DNA of 63,475 nt, counting the filler, from Octopus bimaculoides (Eukaryota): assembly GCF_001194135.2 (NCBI RefSeq). It is 5 parts of 5 records of this genome, joined end to end, with 100 filler letters (N's around TTAATTAATTAA, not from the genome) between each part and the next. Parts side by side here need not be neighbours in the genome. Positions count along the whole stretch, not along the records: positions 33,913 to 55,588 come from NC_068997.1; positions 55,689 to 60,431 come from NC_068994.1; positions 60,532 to 63,475 come from NC_068988.1; 2 more parts are not named here. One strand, 5' to 3'. The notes beneath the pieces were generated by a model. It saw only the letters and a program-made list of their open reading frames with translations. It was not told where the DNA came from and searched no databases. Every line of letters begins with the position of its first letter. The first letter of the stretch is position 1. The translations under genes and the position numbers were made by a program. Of the stretch, positions 50,051-62,974 are shown piece after piece.

Positions 50051-52882
50051 TTATAGTTAACATTGTGCATCTGTTCAGTGAACAAACATTGTCCCATTGT
50101 TCACACAAATAACTTACTCCTGCTGTTCACAGAAGTGAACTATTGCTGTTGCACTGTTCATTCATTCAACTCTGCTGTTCTCCATAGATTTGATGTCATG
50201 CCATTGCTTCATGGAACTTTGTGCCATCGTTGTTTCGTAGATTCTTGGGGAGTGAATGGTAAAAGTGTAAAGAATGCTGTATTTAATTATATCTCCTGAC
50301 ATTACAAGTCAGAATCCTGCTAGGGTCAGCTTTACTTTCCATTTCTTTGCAGCCAATAAAATACCAAGGTTGTATATGTGTACATATATATATGTATATG
50401 TACACCTATACATGCATGTATATTTATGTGTGTGCGTGTATACACACACTCTTACACTTAGTTTCACTGACTGCAACTACTTCTCTTTTCCCTTAGAAAA
50501 AGATGTGTCACCTTGTGTCAATAAATCAATCTTTGGCAATCTGAGCCTGTATTGGAGAGATAGAACTTGATACCATTTTCATAAATAATATTACCTTATG
50601 CCAATATTCACAGACAACTTCATAGATTTGGCATCATGCCAATACGCGTTGATTTGTCATCATGCAAATCTTTGTAGATTCGACGTATATGTGTGTGTGT
50701 GTATGCACAATGAACTTCCATCATATCATGTCTTCATATTGTTCCAGCTGTTCTTTTCACAGAAGAACTATCTACTCATTGAACTTAGGGTAAGTGGCTG
50801 AGTACTCCACAGACAACAGACATATATTAAGCAGAATCAATGTGACACTGTTTAACAAAGTTGAGTTTCTGAATTAAGCCTGGTTCTTATTCTATCAGTG
50901 ACTCCTGCTGAACTACGAAGTCAGAGGGATGTAAACAAACCAACTGGTTGTCAAGCAATAGTGAAGGATAAACACAACACAAATACAAACATGCACACAC
51001 ATACACACAAACGTGTGTGTGTGTGTGTATATATATGACAGGCTTTTTTCAGTTTCCATCTGCCAAATCCACTCACAGGGCTTTGGTTGTCTCAGGGCTA
51101 TAGTAAAAGATACTTATCCCAGGTACTGCGCAGTGAGACTGAACCCAGAACACACAGATTAGGAAGCAGAGTTCTTACCACACAACCACACCTGCTTTCT
51201 TTTAATATTATTTTCTTTCTTTCCTTTTCTTTTTGTTTTTTTCATTCTTTCATTGATCTTGAGGAAAATCCTCTCCACCCATGCCCTTCACAAAATCCTT
51301 TGGGACCATTGACCTCAGTACAAGATCAATGCTGTGAATGTGGATTTTTGTTTGTGTGTGTGTGTGTGTGTTTTTGAGATTTTTTTTTATTCTTCCAGTA
51401 TATGTCTGCACGAATAGCACTGACCAAAAAGGAATTCCAAGTGGCCCAGGACAAAGCATAGCGATTAGTACAGGGCCCAGTGAGGCGTATGAGATGCTTT
51501 GAGCTCAATTGTCTTGGTGACAGCTGTTTCGCATTACTAATTTGATGCTGTCTGATATCAGAAATTTTAACCTCTCTCTCTCTCTCTCTCTCTATTTATC
51601 TATCTATCTCTATCGCTCTCCTTCTCTCTATGTGTCTGAGGAGATGGAAAGGGTTTTTATTAATCATGTTCATTTTTATAAATTGTAATATCCCTCTCTC
51701 TCTCTCTCTCCCTCCCTTTTACACACATACACAGACACTCAATCTTTCTGTCTGTCTGTACATATTTTTGTGTCTGTGTGTTTCCAGTGCCAAAAGAGGC
51801 TGAATGTATGGTAAGAAGCTTGCTTCCCATGGCTCCAAGTTCAGTCCTACTGCATGGTATCTTGGGGGTGAAAGTGTCTTCTACTATAGCCTCAGGCCTA
51901 CCAACCCCAAAGCTTGTGAGTAGATTTGACAGATAGAAACTGAAAAAACTCCATCATGTGTGTGCGTGTGTGTCTTTGTGTTTCTACTTGTTACCCACCA
52001 CCGCTTGACAACCACTGTTAGTGTGTTTATGTCCCTCACAACTTAGCAGTTTGGTAAAAGAGTCCAACAGAATAAGTACCAAGATGTTTTTAAAATTACT
52101 GAAAATTCTTGAAGACTGCCCCAGCGTAGTCACAGCCTAATGAGTGAAACAAGAAAAAGATATAAAAGAACTCTTACAGCAGATGCATTATCAATTCGCT
52201 GTTGCTGTTGATGTTGATGATGATGATGATGATCTGTTCTTAAAATACCATTCTTCATTGCCTGTTCTTACATTTACATTTGTATCTCTATCGCTCTATG
52301 CCATGGCAAACCTTAAAAAAAAAAATCATAAAAGGATTGTCAGTATTTTAATCATACACTTAATTCTACTATCCAATTTTGCTTGTAATTTTTACCATTC
52401 TCTAATTAGATGGACTTTTTTTCTCCNNNNNNNNNNNNNNNNNNNNNNNNNNNNNNNNNNNNNNNNNNNNNNNNNNNNNNNNNNNNNNNNNNNNNNNNNN
52501 NNNNNNNNNNNNNNNNNNNNNNNNNNNNNNNNNNNNNNNNNNNNNNNNNNNNNNNNNNNNNNNNNNNNNNNNNNNNNNNNNNNNNNNNNNNNNNNNNNNN
52601 NNNNNNNNNNNNNNNNNNNNNNNNNNNNNNNNNNNNNNNNNNNNNNNNNNNNNNNNNNNNNNNNNNNNNNNNNNNNNNNNNNNNNNNNNNNNNNNNNNNN
52701 NNNNNNNNNNNNNNNNNNNNNNNNNNNNNNNNNNNNNNNNNNNNNNNNNNNNNNNNNNNNNNNNNNNNNNNNNNNNNNNNNNNNNNNNNNNNNNNNNNNN
52801 NNNNNNNNNNNNNNNNNNNNNNNNNNNNNNNNNNNNNNNNNNNNNNNNNNNNNNNNNNNNNNNNNNNNNNNNNNNNNNNNNN

Positions 52883-52935
52883 ATATTTTATATGTATGTA
52901 TTTATATGTATGTATATATATATATATATATGTGC

Positions 52936-52966
<31 letters not shown>

Positions 52967-52978
52967 TATATATATGTG

Positions 52979-53009
<31 letters not shown>

Positions 53010-53034
53010 ATATATATGTATATGTATATATATG

Positions 53035-53113
<79 letters not shown>

Positions 53114-53158
53114 GTATGTATTTATATGTATGTATATATATATGTGTATATATATGCG

Positions 53159-53204
<46 letters not shown>

Positions 53205-53206
53205 TG

Positions 53207-53237
<31 letters not shown>

Positions 53238-53240
53238 ATT
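52883..53240. repeat. (TA)n/(TATG)n tract
   Basis: Visible directly; source of the YIYI ORFs. Confidence 0.9.
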
Positions 53241-54546
53241 CGTATATGTGCGTGCATGCATTTTATGTGCGTATACGCATAAATACTGCTTTGTTTATCA
53301 TATCAATATTTATGTTGGTCTGTTTAAGAGCTTCTTATGGGGTTCACTGGGTGGTGTTGAAAGGATTGGTTCACAAAAGGGTCACGATGATGTGAACTTT
53401 CCTTTCCTACAGAATCTAATGTGCTTTTGTGCATGTATGCATGTGTGTGTGCGTGCGTGCATGCACACACATGCAAATTTATTATGTGGTGTAGGCAGGT
53501 AAGGCTGGTTAGTTTATTTAAGAGCTGAACAAAGGTAGGCAGTTGACTGCTTTATGAAAACTTGTAGTCTCACCTGGCTTTAGCCTTCTTTATTATGAAT
53601 AATTGTAGCTTTCATTCAGGTGTTAATGTCACAGTATCTCTAGCAGTTAATCACTTTTGACTAACATTGATTTTAATTTACATATTTTTATTTCTTCATC
53701 ATAGTGTTAAAAGAATATTGGGTGTTTGGGGGTTTTTTTTTCTGTTTTTGTTATTTTTGCTGATTAGGTACAAGACTAGATGCATTTACTTCTTTCTATC
53801 TACAGCCTTGAGATCAAATCCTGCTATTGTTGACTTTTTGTCTTTCATCCATTCACTGTTCTATGAAATATGTACCAGTTATGTACTGGGTTCGATCTAT
53901 TAGTTTGTAGCCATTCCATTGTAAATTTGTGGCCCGGTTCAAGAATGGTTAAGAAGCTTGCTTTGCATCCAGTTGGTTTCACATTCAGAGGTTCAATCCC
54001 AGTGACTGCACAGTGCCTTGCACTAGTATCTTCTATTATAACAACCTTGGGCCCACCAATTTGGTAGATAGAAACTGTATGGAAGCCGGAAGCCTGTCTG
54101 TTGTGTGTGTGAGTGTGTATCTCCTCTCTCACTCTCTGGGAGAGAGGCACAAGCACATACACAGACATATACACACACAGCAGTAACTTCCGCCTACCAA
54201 ATTCAATCACAAAGCTTCGGTCGGCTCGGAGCTATAGCAGAAGACACTTGCCCAAGGTGGCACGCGGTGGGACTGAACCCGAAACCATGCAGCTGGGAAG
54301 CAAGCTTCCTAACCACACAGCCATGCCTGCGCCTATAAAAGTGTATATACATATNNNNNNNNNNNNNNNNNNNNNNNNNNNNNNNNNNNNNNNNNNNNNN
54401 NNNNNNNNNNNNNNNNNNNNNNNNNNNNNNNNNNNNNNNNNNNNNNNNNNNNNNNNNNNNNNNNNNNNNNNNNNNNNNNNNNNNNNNNNNNNNNNNNNNN
54501 NNNNNNNNNNNNNNNNNNNNNNNNNNNNNNNNNNNNNNNNNNNNNN

Positions 54547-54630
<84 letters not shown>

Positions 54631-55863
54631 TGTGCTTGTGTCATGTAAGAAGCACTGAATCAACTCTACTGGGTGGTCGGTGTTTGGAAGGACATCCAGC
54701 CATTAAAAACCCTGCCTAAACAGACCCAGAAGTCTGATGCAGGCCCCTGCCTGGCCGGCTGCTGTCAACCCGTCCCACCCATGCCAGCATGGAAGGAAGA
54801 CATTAAACGATGATGATGATGATGTGGGTGTGTTTGTGTTTGTCCTGCATGCACAGACACACACACTGCTTGACAACTGGTATTGGTTTGTTTACATCCC
54901 TGTAACTTAGCAGTTCTACAAACGAGTCCAACAGAATAAGTACCATTACTGGAACATATATAATTTATTATCCTGCTTATTCAGGATTGACCTGGGGCTA
55001 AAACGAACAACAAAGACTTAATACAGAATATGAGAAACCTTGCAAATAAATAAGTAAATAAGTTTCAAATATATTGCAGGTGTGGTTGTGTGGTAAGAGG
55101 TTTGCTTCCCAACCACATGATTCCAGGTTCAGTCTCAATCCTACTGCATGGCACCTACTATGGCCTCAAGCTGACCAAAGCCTCATGAGTGGATTTGATA
55201 GACAAATCTACCAAATCTGCTCAGTGGTAGTAGCAAATATTTAAAGCCCATCGTGTGTGTGTGTATGTCCCCCCCCCCCACCGATGCTTGACAACCAGTG
55301 CTGGTGGTGTTTACATCCCCATAACTTAGCGGTTCAGCAAAAGAAACTGAGAGAATAAATACCAGGCTTTTTATGAAAAAAAATAAGTACTGGGGTTGGT
55401 TCATTCAGCTAAAATTCTTCAAGGCAGTGCCCCAGCATGGCCGCAGTCTTGTGACTGAAACAAGTAAAAGATAAAGTCCAAATTAATTTTTGAATCTGTT
55501 GACGAAAGGAATTATTGCTATTCGTTATGATTTTAATTATAGTCTTGAGTCCGTCTTGTTTTGTTTGGTATTTTTATTTAACAGGATTNNNNNNNNNNNN
55601 NNNNNNNNNNNNNNNNNNNNNNNNNNNNNNNNTTAATTAATTAANNNNNNNNNNNNNNNNNNNNNNNNNNNNNNNNNNNNNNNNNNNNATATATACATAT
55701 ACGACTGGCTTCTTTCAGTTTCCGTCTACCAAATCCACTCACAAGGCTTTGGTCGGCCCGAGGCTATAGTAGAAGACACTTGCCTAAGGTGCCACGCAGT
55801 GGGACTGAACCCAGAATCATGTGGTTCGTAAGCAAGCTACTTACCACACAGCCACTCCTACGT

Positions 55864-56451
55864 TTGTCTTTTATTACTTCTTTGCTGGGTGGTCTTATTG
55901 CCGATACCCTTCTCGGACGCTTCATAGGACTTTTATTTTCCTTCCTCATCTATGTTATTGGTTATTTCTTCCTTCTTTTAGTCTCGGCACCTGTCCCCAA
56001 AGATGGCAAGCAGAACGTCTTTTATAATTTTTGCCCCAGCCACACACGAAACAGCAGTATGCACATTCCAAATCTCTTTGAGGAAAACTGTTCACTTCTT
56101 TTTTTCTCCATTTTAACTACTGCTGCCATTGGAATCGGATTTTTCAAATCTAACATCATTCCTTTTGGCGCTGACCAGGTTCAAAACAATTCACCAGTGA
56201 TCATCAGAAGTTTTTTCAATTGGTTCTACCTGTCTTTGAATATTGGTGCCTTCATCGGTCTTGGTGTGCTGACTTATATACAGTAATATTTCTCATTTTT
56301 CTATGGTTTTCCTGCAGCTCTTGGAACACTGACTTTGGGATTCCTTGTATTTGTTGCAGGTCGATATTGCAATAAAGTTTCCCCGCCAAATGGCAGTGTT
56401 CTTATTAATATTTACCAAATTATAAACAATGCCTTTGTCAATAGACGCAAT
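55864..56451 (+). pseudogene. SLC15A4-like (POT/PTR2 proton-coupled oligopeptide transporter) segment, disrupted
   Basis: FITSLLGGLIADTLLGRF, KSNIIPFGADQ, RSFFNWFYLSLNIGA, YIQ*YFSFFYG, SPPNGSVL match POT-family motifs. In-frame TAA at 56284-56286; a SINE abuts the 5' side and a CATA repeat plus retroelement module the 3' side. Confidence 0.85.
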
Positions 56452-56461
56452 ACATACATAC

Positions 56462-56582
56462 ATACATACATACTCTGTTGATGTTGAAATTCCAATGAAA
56501 AAGCCTTGGATCTAAGTTAGAAACCGGCTCTTTCTCTATTGGCAAGAAATCTTGAAATAAAACCGAATAATGACATACATAC
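56462..56582 (+). mobile_element. R4/Dong-associated 3' module flanked by (CATA)n
   Basis: Same module as 59720-59825 and 59871-59985. Confidence 0.85.
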
Positions 56583-57252
56583 CAGCAACTTACTTTCGAG
56601 CAATACCAATATTTGAGTGTTCTCTTAAACATAAACATTATGAATGCAGTTTTTTAGTACTTCCCGAGAATTTAATTGCCGACACGTAGGATGTGGTTTT
56701 TGTCGATTTTCAGCTCTATTTTCTTATATTTATTATAGATGTTGATGTTTTGCTGTCTGAGAGATATCATGCGAACTTCGAAAATTTAATTTCAAATTTG
56801 AAAATTAGAATAACCACCATGTTACAACACAACCAGCCAGATACTGTTGTACAGGACCACAAGAAAAGATATGCTCTACTGTGAATATAATCTGCCTTCT
56901 AGAACCAATATCGTAAGAAAGAGGACATGTATGAACCACTGACAGGGGTTTGCCAATCCAGTACACAAGATACCTTTTCATCTTCACACTTATTATTGGA
57001 GCCACAAGTTACATACCAATCCGTCTTGGATAAAGTGTGGCTGAACTTGGGTTCTTGAGGAGAGGAAGCAACTCCTTAATTCCTACGTTATAAATAATCA
57101 TGATATCTAGAACAATAAAAATCTGCAAGCGATTCTTAAGGGTTAAAAGATCATGAAGAAAAGAAGATGCTTTCCTTTACAATTTTGATACCAAACAACT
57201 GTCCTGTAAAAATTAACTCTAAATTTGAGACAAAAAGAACATATATGCTTAT

Positions 57253-57471
57253 ATGCACAGATTCATATATACACACACAGGTACATATATACATACATAC
57301 ATACGTACATACGTACATACAAACATACATGCATATCTAATCGTACACATATATACATGCACACATACATACATACATACATACATACCTAAGCGTACAC
57401 ATATATACATGCACACACATACATACATTCATGCATACACGCATACATGTATACACGTACAAATATACGTG

Positions 57472-57519
<48 letters not shown>

Positions 57520-57658
57520 CATAGATACATACATACATACATACATATATACATACATGCATACATGCATACATGCATACATACATACATACATACATAC
57601 ATACATTCATGCATATATAAACATTGTACATACACAGATAATGCACACACACATATAC
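57253..57658. repeat. (CATA)n/(TA)n/(CA)n compound microsatellite
   Basis: Visible directly; forms the 5' junction of the adjacent retrotransposon. Confidence 0.9.
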
Positions 57659-57659
57659 A

Positions 57660-59985
57660 GCATGCTTAAACCTCTTCCTCCAGGACCATTGGGAAACCAA
57701 TAACATCACAGCAGAACAAGCAGCTGGGAAGAAGAGAGTCTGGGGATGTGCCGAGCTCTTGTTAATCAACAAAACTGTGATGTCAGAGGTGCGAGAGCAT
57801 AGGAGGAACCTAGTTTCAATGTGGCTAGACTACGAGAAAGCCTTTGACTCTGTTCCCCACTCATGGATGCTAGAAGCCCTTCAACTTGCTAAAGTTTCAG
57901 TGAGAATTATCAAAGCAATGCCTGACCTGACTTCATCGTGGGTCACCATCTTGAAATTAAATACAAAGAGTGACTGCATTATCACTGATAGAACACAGTA
58001 TCGCAAAGGAATATTCCAAGGGGACAGCCTCTTTGTGATGTTGTTTATACTTTCTGTAAACCCGTTGTCATTTATGTTAACGAAGTCTGAAGGATATGTC
58101 ACTGGCTCATAAGGAAACAGAAATACCAAAATTACACACAGTTTCTTTGTGGATGACTTAAAACTTTATGCAAAGAATATGCATGAGATGAAGAAGAGCC
58201 TTGACCTAGTTACAACATTCTCAAAGGATGTAGGGCCGGAGTTTGGTCAGAATAAATATTATTGTATGGTTGTGAAAATGGGAAAAACTATAAACCAGAC
58301 TAGTAACATTTCCATCAATGATTTGACTGTTTCCCCTATATATGCCGAAAAATGTTACAGGTATCTAGGAGTGGCTGAAAATATATCTTACAATGGCACC
58401 TGTAATAAAATACGTGTCACTAAAGAGTATTACAGCCGAATAAAGAAAATTTGGACCTCGGAACTCTCTGCATTTAATAAAACGTTGGCCACAATGTGTT
58501 TGCAGTACCAGTACTCATACCAACATTTGGGCTGCTTGATTGGACGCTTGATGAGATCCGAGCCATTGATGTGAAAACATGAAAAATGCTAGCATGCACA
58601 CATAATTTCCACATAACAGCGACGTAGACCGCCCCTACCTAAAACGAAAACAAGGCGGCAACATCTTTTAACCACCAAGTGTCGAAGTGCATTCCTTGAC
58701 CAAGTTTACATACATGAGATTGATAACATCATAAAACTTGGAAGGCAGCTCCTTGAGCAACATTCTTTGCCTGAAAACCTAGACTACATGACCAAAGAAG
58801 CTGCACGACTCTGCCGCAACGTATCATCAGATGAAAGGATGAGCCTATATGAGCAGAAGACTGTGCATGGATATATTAGTAGAAAGCTCCGAGATGATAA
58901 TAACATCGATCATCAAAGCAGTTTATTATGGACCAATAGCCAGATTACTACTTCCCACTTTGAAGGGTATGTGTTTGCAATCCAGGAACAGAAAATATCA
59001 ACCAAGTACTTGTTGCACAAAAGGGATAGTGATACAAGAAAAGTAGTAAAATGTGGCAACTGACGCAAACTTTGTGGAGTTAACACCGAAGATATCACCC
59101 CCATATCACCACTTGTCCGAAAATGTCATCACGGTATTATCTACCGGTGAGACATGATGTTGTAGCTAGGACACTCTATAATGAAATCCGTCGGAAGGAT
59201 AATCTCGAAGACAAAGAAATAAGAACCCACAATATGGTAGAAGCCATAGCCACCGGTTGAATGTATCAGTGAAGACCTCAATAAAATGTACGCACAACAG
59301 ACCTGATATAATGATTTGGGATAGAGAAGAGAAGCTGTGCACAGTTGTGGAAATTAGCTGCCCAACGAATGTTAACATAAAGCTGAAGATCAGTGAAGAA
59401 GAGAACACCTATGCTGAACTACTAAGAAATCTGCAGTTACTCTATCCAGATTACAAGTTCAGGTTTATACCTGTAATTATTGGGGCACTGGGATATGTAA
59501 CACACTGCCTAAATACCAGTCTTGAGAAATTAGACTTCTCAAAACCAAAAAGGAGAAAGCTAATTCGAATCCATTACTGGAACTGTAAATATCTGTAAAA
59601 CTTTCCAGAAGTTTATCATTTGAATATATATGAGCATGTCCAGATATGCAACTGTATTCATGAGAATACATACATAAAACATACAAATCTGAATATACAT
59701 ACGTACATACATACAAAAATACCCTGTTGTTGATGTTGAAATTTTAATGAAGGAGTCTTGGATCTAGGTTAGAAACCGGTTCTTTCTCCATTAGCAAGAA
59801 ATCTTGAAATAAACTGAATACATACATGCATACATACATACATACATACATACATACATACATACATACAAAAACACCCTATTGTTGATGTTGAAATTCC
59901 AATGACGGAGCCTTGAATCTAGGTTAGAAACCGGTTTCTTCTCTTTTGGTAAGAAATCTGGAAATGAACTGAATAATGACATACA
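57660..59985 (+). mobile_element. 5'-truncated R4/Dong-like RLE non-LTR retrotransposon with a duplicated 3' module
   Basis: EQAAGKKRVWGCAELLLINK, WLDYEKAFDSVPH, KGIFQGDSL, FFVDDLKLY, YRYLG, TCPKMSSRYYLPVRHD, HNRPDIMIWD...VEISCP, PVIIGALG. Stops and frameshifts throughout; 3' modules at 59720-59825 and 59871-59985. Confidence 0.92.
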
Positions 59986-60037
59986 TACATACATACATAC
60001 ATACATACATACATACACACATACATACATACATACA

Positions 60038-60068
<31 letters not shown>
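59986..60068. repeat. (CATA)n microsatellite
   Basis: Visible directly. Confidence 0.92.
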
Positions 60069-60069
<1 letters not shown>

Positions 60070-60366
60070 CGGATTCCGTCCACTTCGAGCAGTTGAATTC
60101 CCCGTTCATTAAATCAAAGTAACGTACAAGTTTTTGAGCATGCTCTGTGCACGTGTACCTTAAAGTAATTGTCAGACAGATTTAACGTGGCACAATGTGT
60201 GACAAAACTGCACCTTTGAATTGCAGGTGCAATCCACCCAACAGGTTTCTCTTTTTCTGGAACACCTAGCATATGGCGTTTGCACTAGAAATGCTATGCA
60301 ATAGGATCGCCCCCAGGACCTCTTTGTTGTATAGCGAAAAATATTCCACGTACATGTACATAATTA

Positions 60367-60431
<65 letters not shown>

Positions 60432-61332
60432 NNNNNNNNNNNNNNNNNNNNNNNNNNNNNNNNNNNNNNNNNNNNTTAATTAATTAANNNNNNNNNNNNN
60501 NNNNNNNNNNNNNNNNNNNNNNNNNNNNNNNATATATATATATATATACATACATATTACACACATATATGTATGTTTCCTTAAACATTCAATATAACAG
60601 GACGTTCATTATGTATTCACAATACTCTTATGCTTTCGTATTTTTATGCTAACAAACTTCACGAGAAAAATGTCGTCGCGTTCTTAGTAATATACAAAAT
60701 TACTGTTGCCGCCAATGCATTGTTGTAGCGTCCAGCTTTTAAATTCGAAGTCGGTTGCATCGAGAGCGCAGCGTGTCTATGTATCTTCTTAGACTTAATG
60801 TCATGCTAATGCTAAAATGCATGTATATTTGTATGTATGTATGTATGTATGTATGTATGTATGTATGTATGTATGTAGGTATGTACGTATGTATGTATGT
60901 ATGTATCTATGTATCTATCTATCTCTCTTTCTCTCTCTCTCTCTCTCAATCTATCTATCTATACATTAATGTTATCGTATAATATATAGGAATAATAATA
61001 TAACTTGACGAGTATTAAAATACAGATGATCGTTTACGTGTATTTACAAAAGAAAACAATTTATTTACTAAGACTTTAAAAAGATTAAGCAAAGGGGACG
61101 AAGGAGGGAGAAGCAAAGCAGTGGAAGACAGAGGGGGAGGAACGATGGGCCACATACATTACAAGTTCTCAATACTATTATGTAAAAAAGCCTATTGGTT
61201 TATTTTATATTTTACAAGAAAATGACATTTGGGACCAGTAGCTGTATCATGAAGTAGAGGCTAAATTCAGTATTTATTTACGATTTAGACTAAATGTAAT
61301 ACGTCTCTGCGCTTTATTTATTAGAAAATATT

Positions 61333-61646
61333 ATATATTAGAAAAAATAATAAGGTACTCAAAGATATGAAAGGTTGTACATCTACAGATTTTTATTAAT
61401 ATGTCACATATTCTTATAAATAATATATTAGCGCTTGCATCTACTCTAATAGATTCTTCAGATTGAAATGCTTTGGAAGGGATTCGTCTCTTTTTAAGAC
61501 GAATCCCTTCAAAGAAATTAAATCTGAAGAATCTATTAGAGTAGATGCAGGCGCTAACATATGATTTATAAGACATATCAATAAAAATCTGTAGATGTAC
61601 AACCATCCAGATCTCTGAGTACCTTATTATTTTTTCTGATATATAT
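61333..61646. repeat. About 310-bp foldback hairpin (probable MITE)
   Basis: gaagggattcgtct (61476-61489) pairs with agacgaatcccttc (61497-61510). Pairing continues, with small bulges, out to atattagaaaaaataataaggtactc and gagtaccttattattttttctgatat. Confidence 0.92.
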
Positions 61647-61837
61647 ATGTATGTGTGTGTGTGTGTGTGTGCGTGTGTGTGTGTATGCGTGTGTGTGTCA
61701 TTTGTTATATATATCACCCGTTTCTATTCATTTTTCAAATTTAATATGCACCCATGTAATTTGTAAGGCTTTCTCTGCAAAATTGGGTATTTAACAGAGG
61801 ACCCAGTGAAAGATTGGATGTTTTCACCCCTTTTTCG

Positions 61838-61901
<64 letters not shown>

Positions 61902-62187
61902 AGCATAACCGCAGCCACTTGGCTGAAACACATAAATAAATAAATATATATATATATATAAACATATATATGTTTTTTCATAGACATAATATACATGCCT
62001 CCCATATACATATAGTTTGCATGTTAGTTTTAATTCAAAATTCTCGTAGCTGTGAAAGATTAAGACTCCCAAATGCTGAACTCATGTCTGAAAGAAAAGC
62101 CCTTCCTTATTTACTAACCAACTCGCACCGCCCAGAAAAACACAGGTGCATGCACACATACCCATTGTACGCTTCACTCATCCACAC

Positions 62188-62229
<42 letters not shown>

Positions 62230-62430
62230 GTATGTATGTATATATATGTGTGTATGTGTGTGTATGTGCAAGCGCACGCGCACTGGCGCGTGTGTGTGAT
62301 GCATTGAAGGGAATTTGCAATGTCATATCCGGTCATAATACATGGATAAATGTTTACGACAAGATTGCATGTTACAACTCAATCCAGGCAACTTTTGAAA
62401 TGAATATTATCTGGAAGTCACCTTGACATA

Positions 62431-62651
62431 TGCGAGGAAGTGCTGAAAAGTTCCTGGCTTCGGATAAAAGAGAATACAATAGGATAAATTAAATATCATT
62501 TTATTCAACATATTCTCCTCTCAGATTCACACACTTATTGCAACGGTTCTTTACTTTTTCTAATCCCTGTAATAGGACTCGGAAGGTTTGGCGTACAGCC
62601 AGGCCTTTTTTGATACCCTTAAAGCCAGAAACCTTTCGGCACCTCCCCGTA
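62431..62651. mobile_element. Mariner-type MITE
   Basis: TIRs cgaggaagtgctgaaaagttcctggctt and aagccagaaacctttcggcacctccccg, flanked by TG (likely mutated TA) and TA. Confidence 0.8.
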
Positions 62652-62974
62652 GAAAGTACAAAAATATGTGTTCTGTCAAATCATATTTACATGCAAATGC
62701 ATACACTCATAGACTTAGATATACATGTATGCACATTCTACGGTGTTTCTGTTTGTCTTGTCAACATTTAGAAACTGCTCCTCGGTTTTATTTTCGATCG
62801 GGATATTGAATATTGCACACGTTTGATATTGTTTCATAGAAGAAGTCAGATAGCATTATATAAACATATATAATTGAGAATCAGTTGAATTAGGTATCTA
62901 AGTTGAAACACCAAGTCAGTCCGGTATATTCCGCACAGCTACATGCAAGGTGAATAAAATCAAAATAAGCAACA

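Noticed and set aside
50763-50789. 27-nt micro-exon candidate (ttttcacag|KNYLLIELR|gtaagt)
   Set aside because: The donor belongs to a dispersed repeat and there is no homology support. Worth revisiting only if RNA-seq junctions appear.
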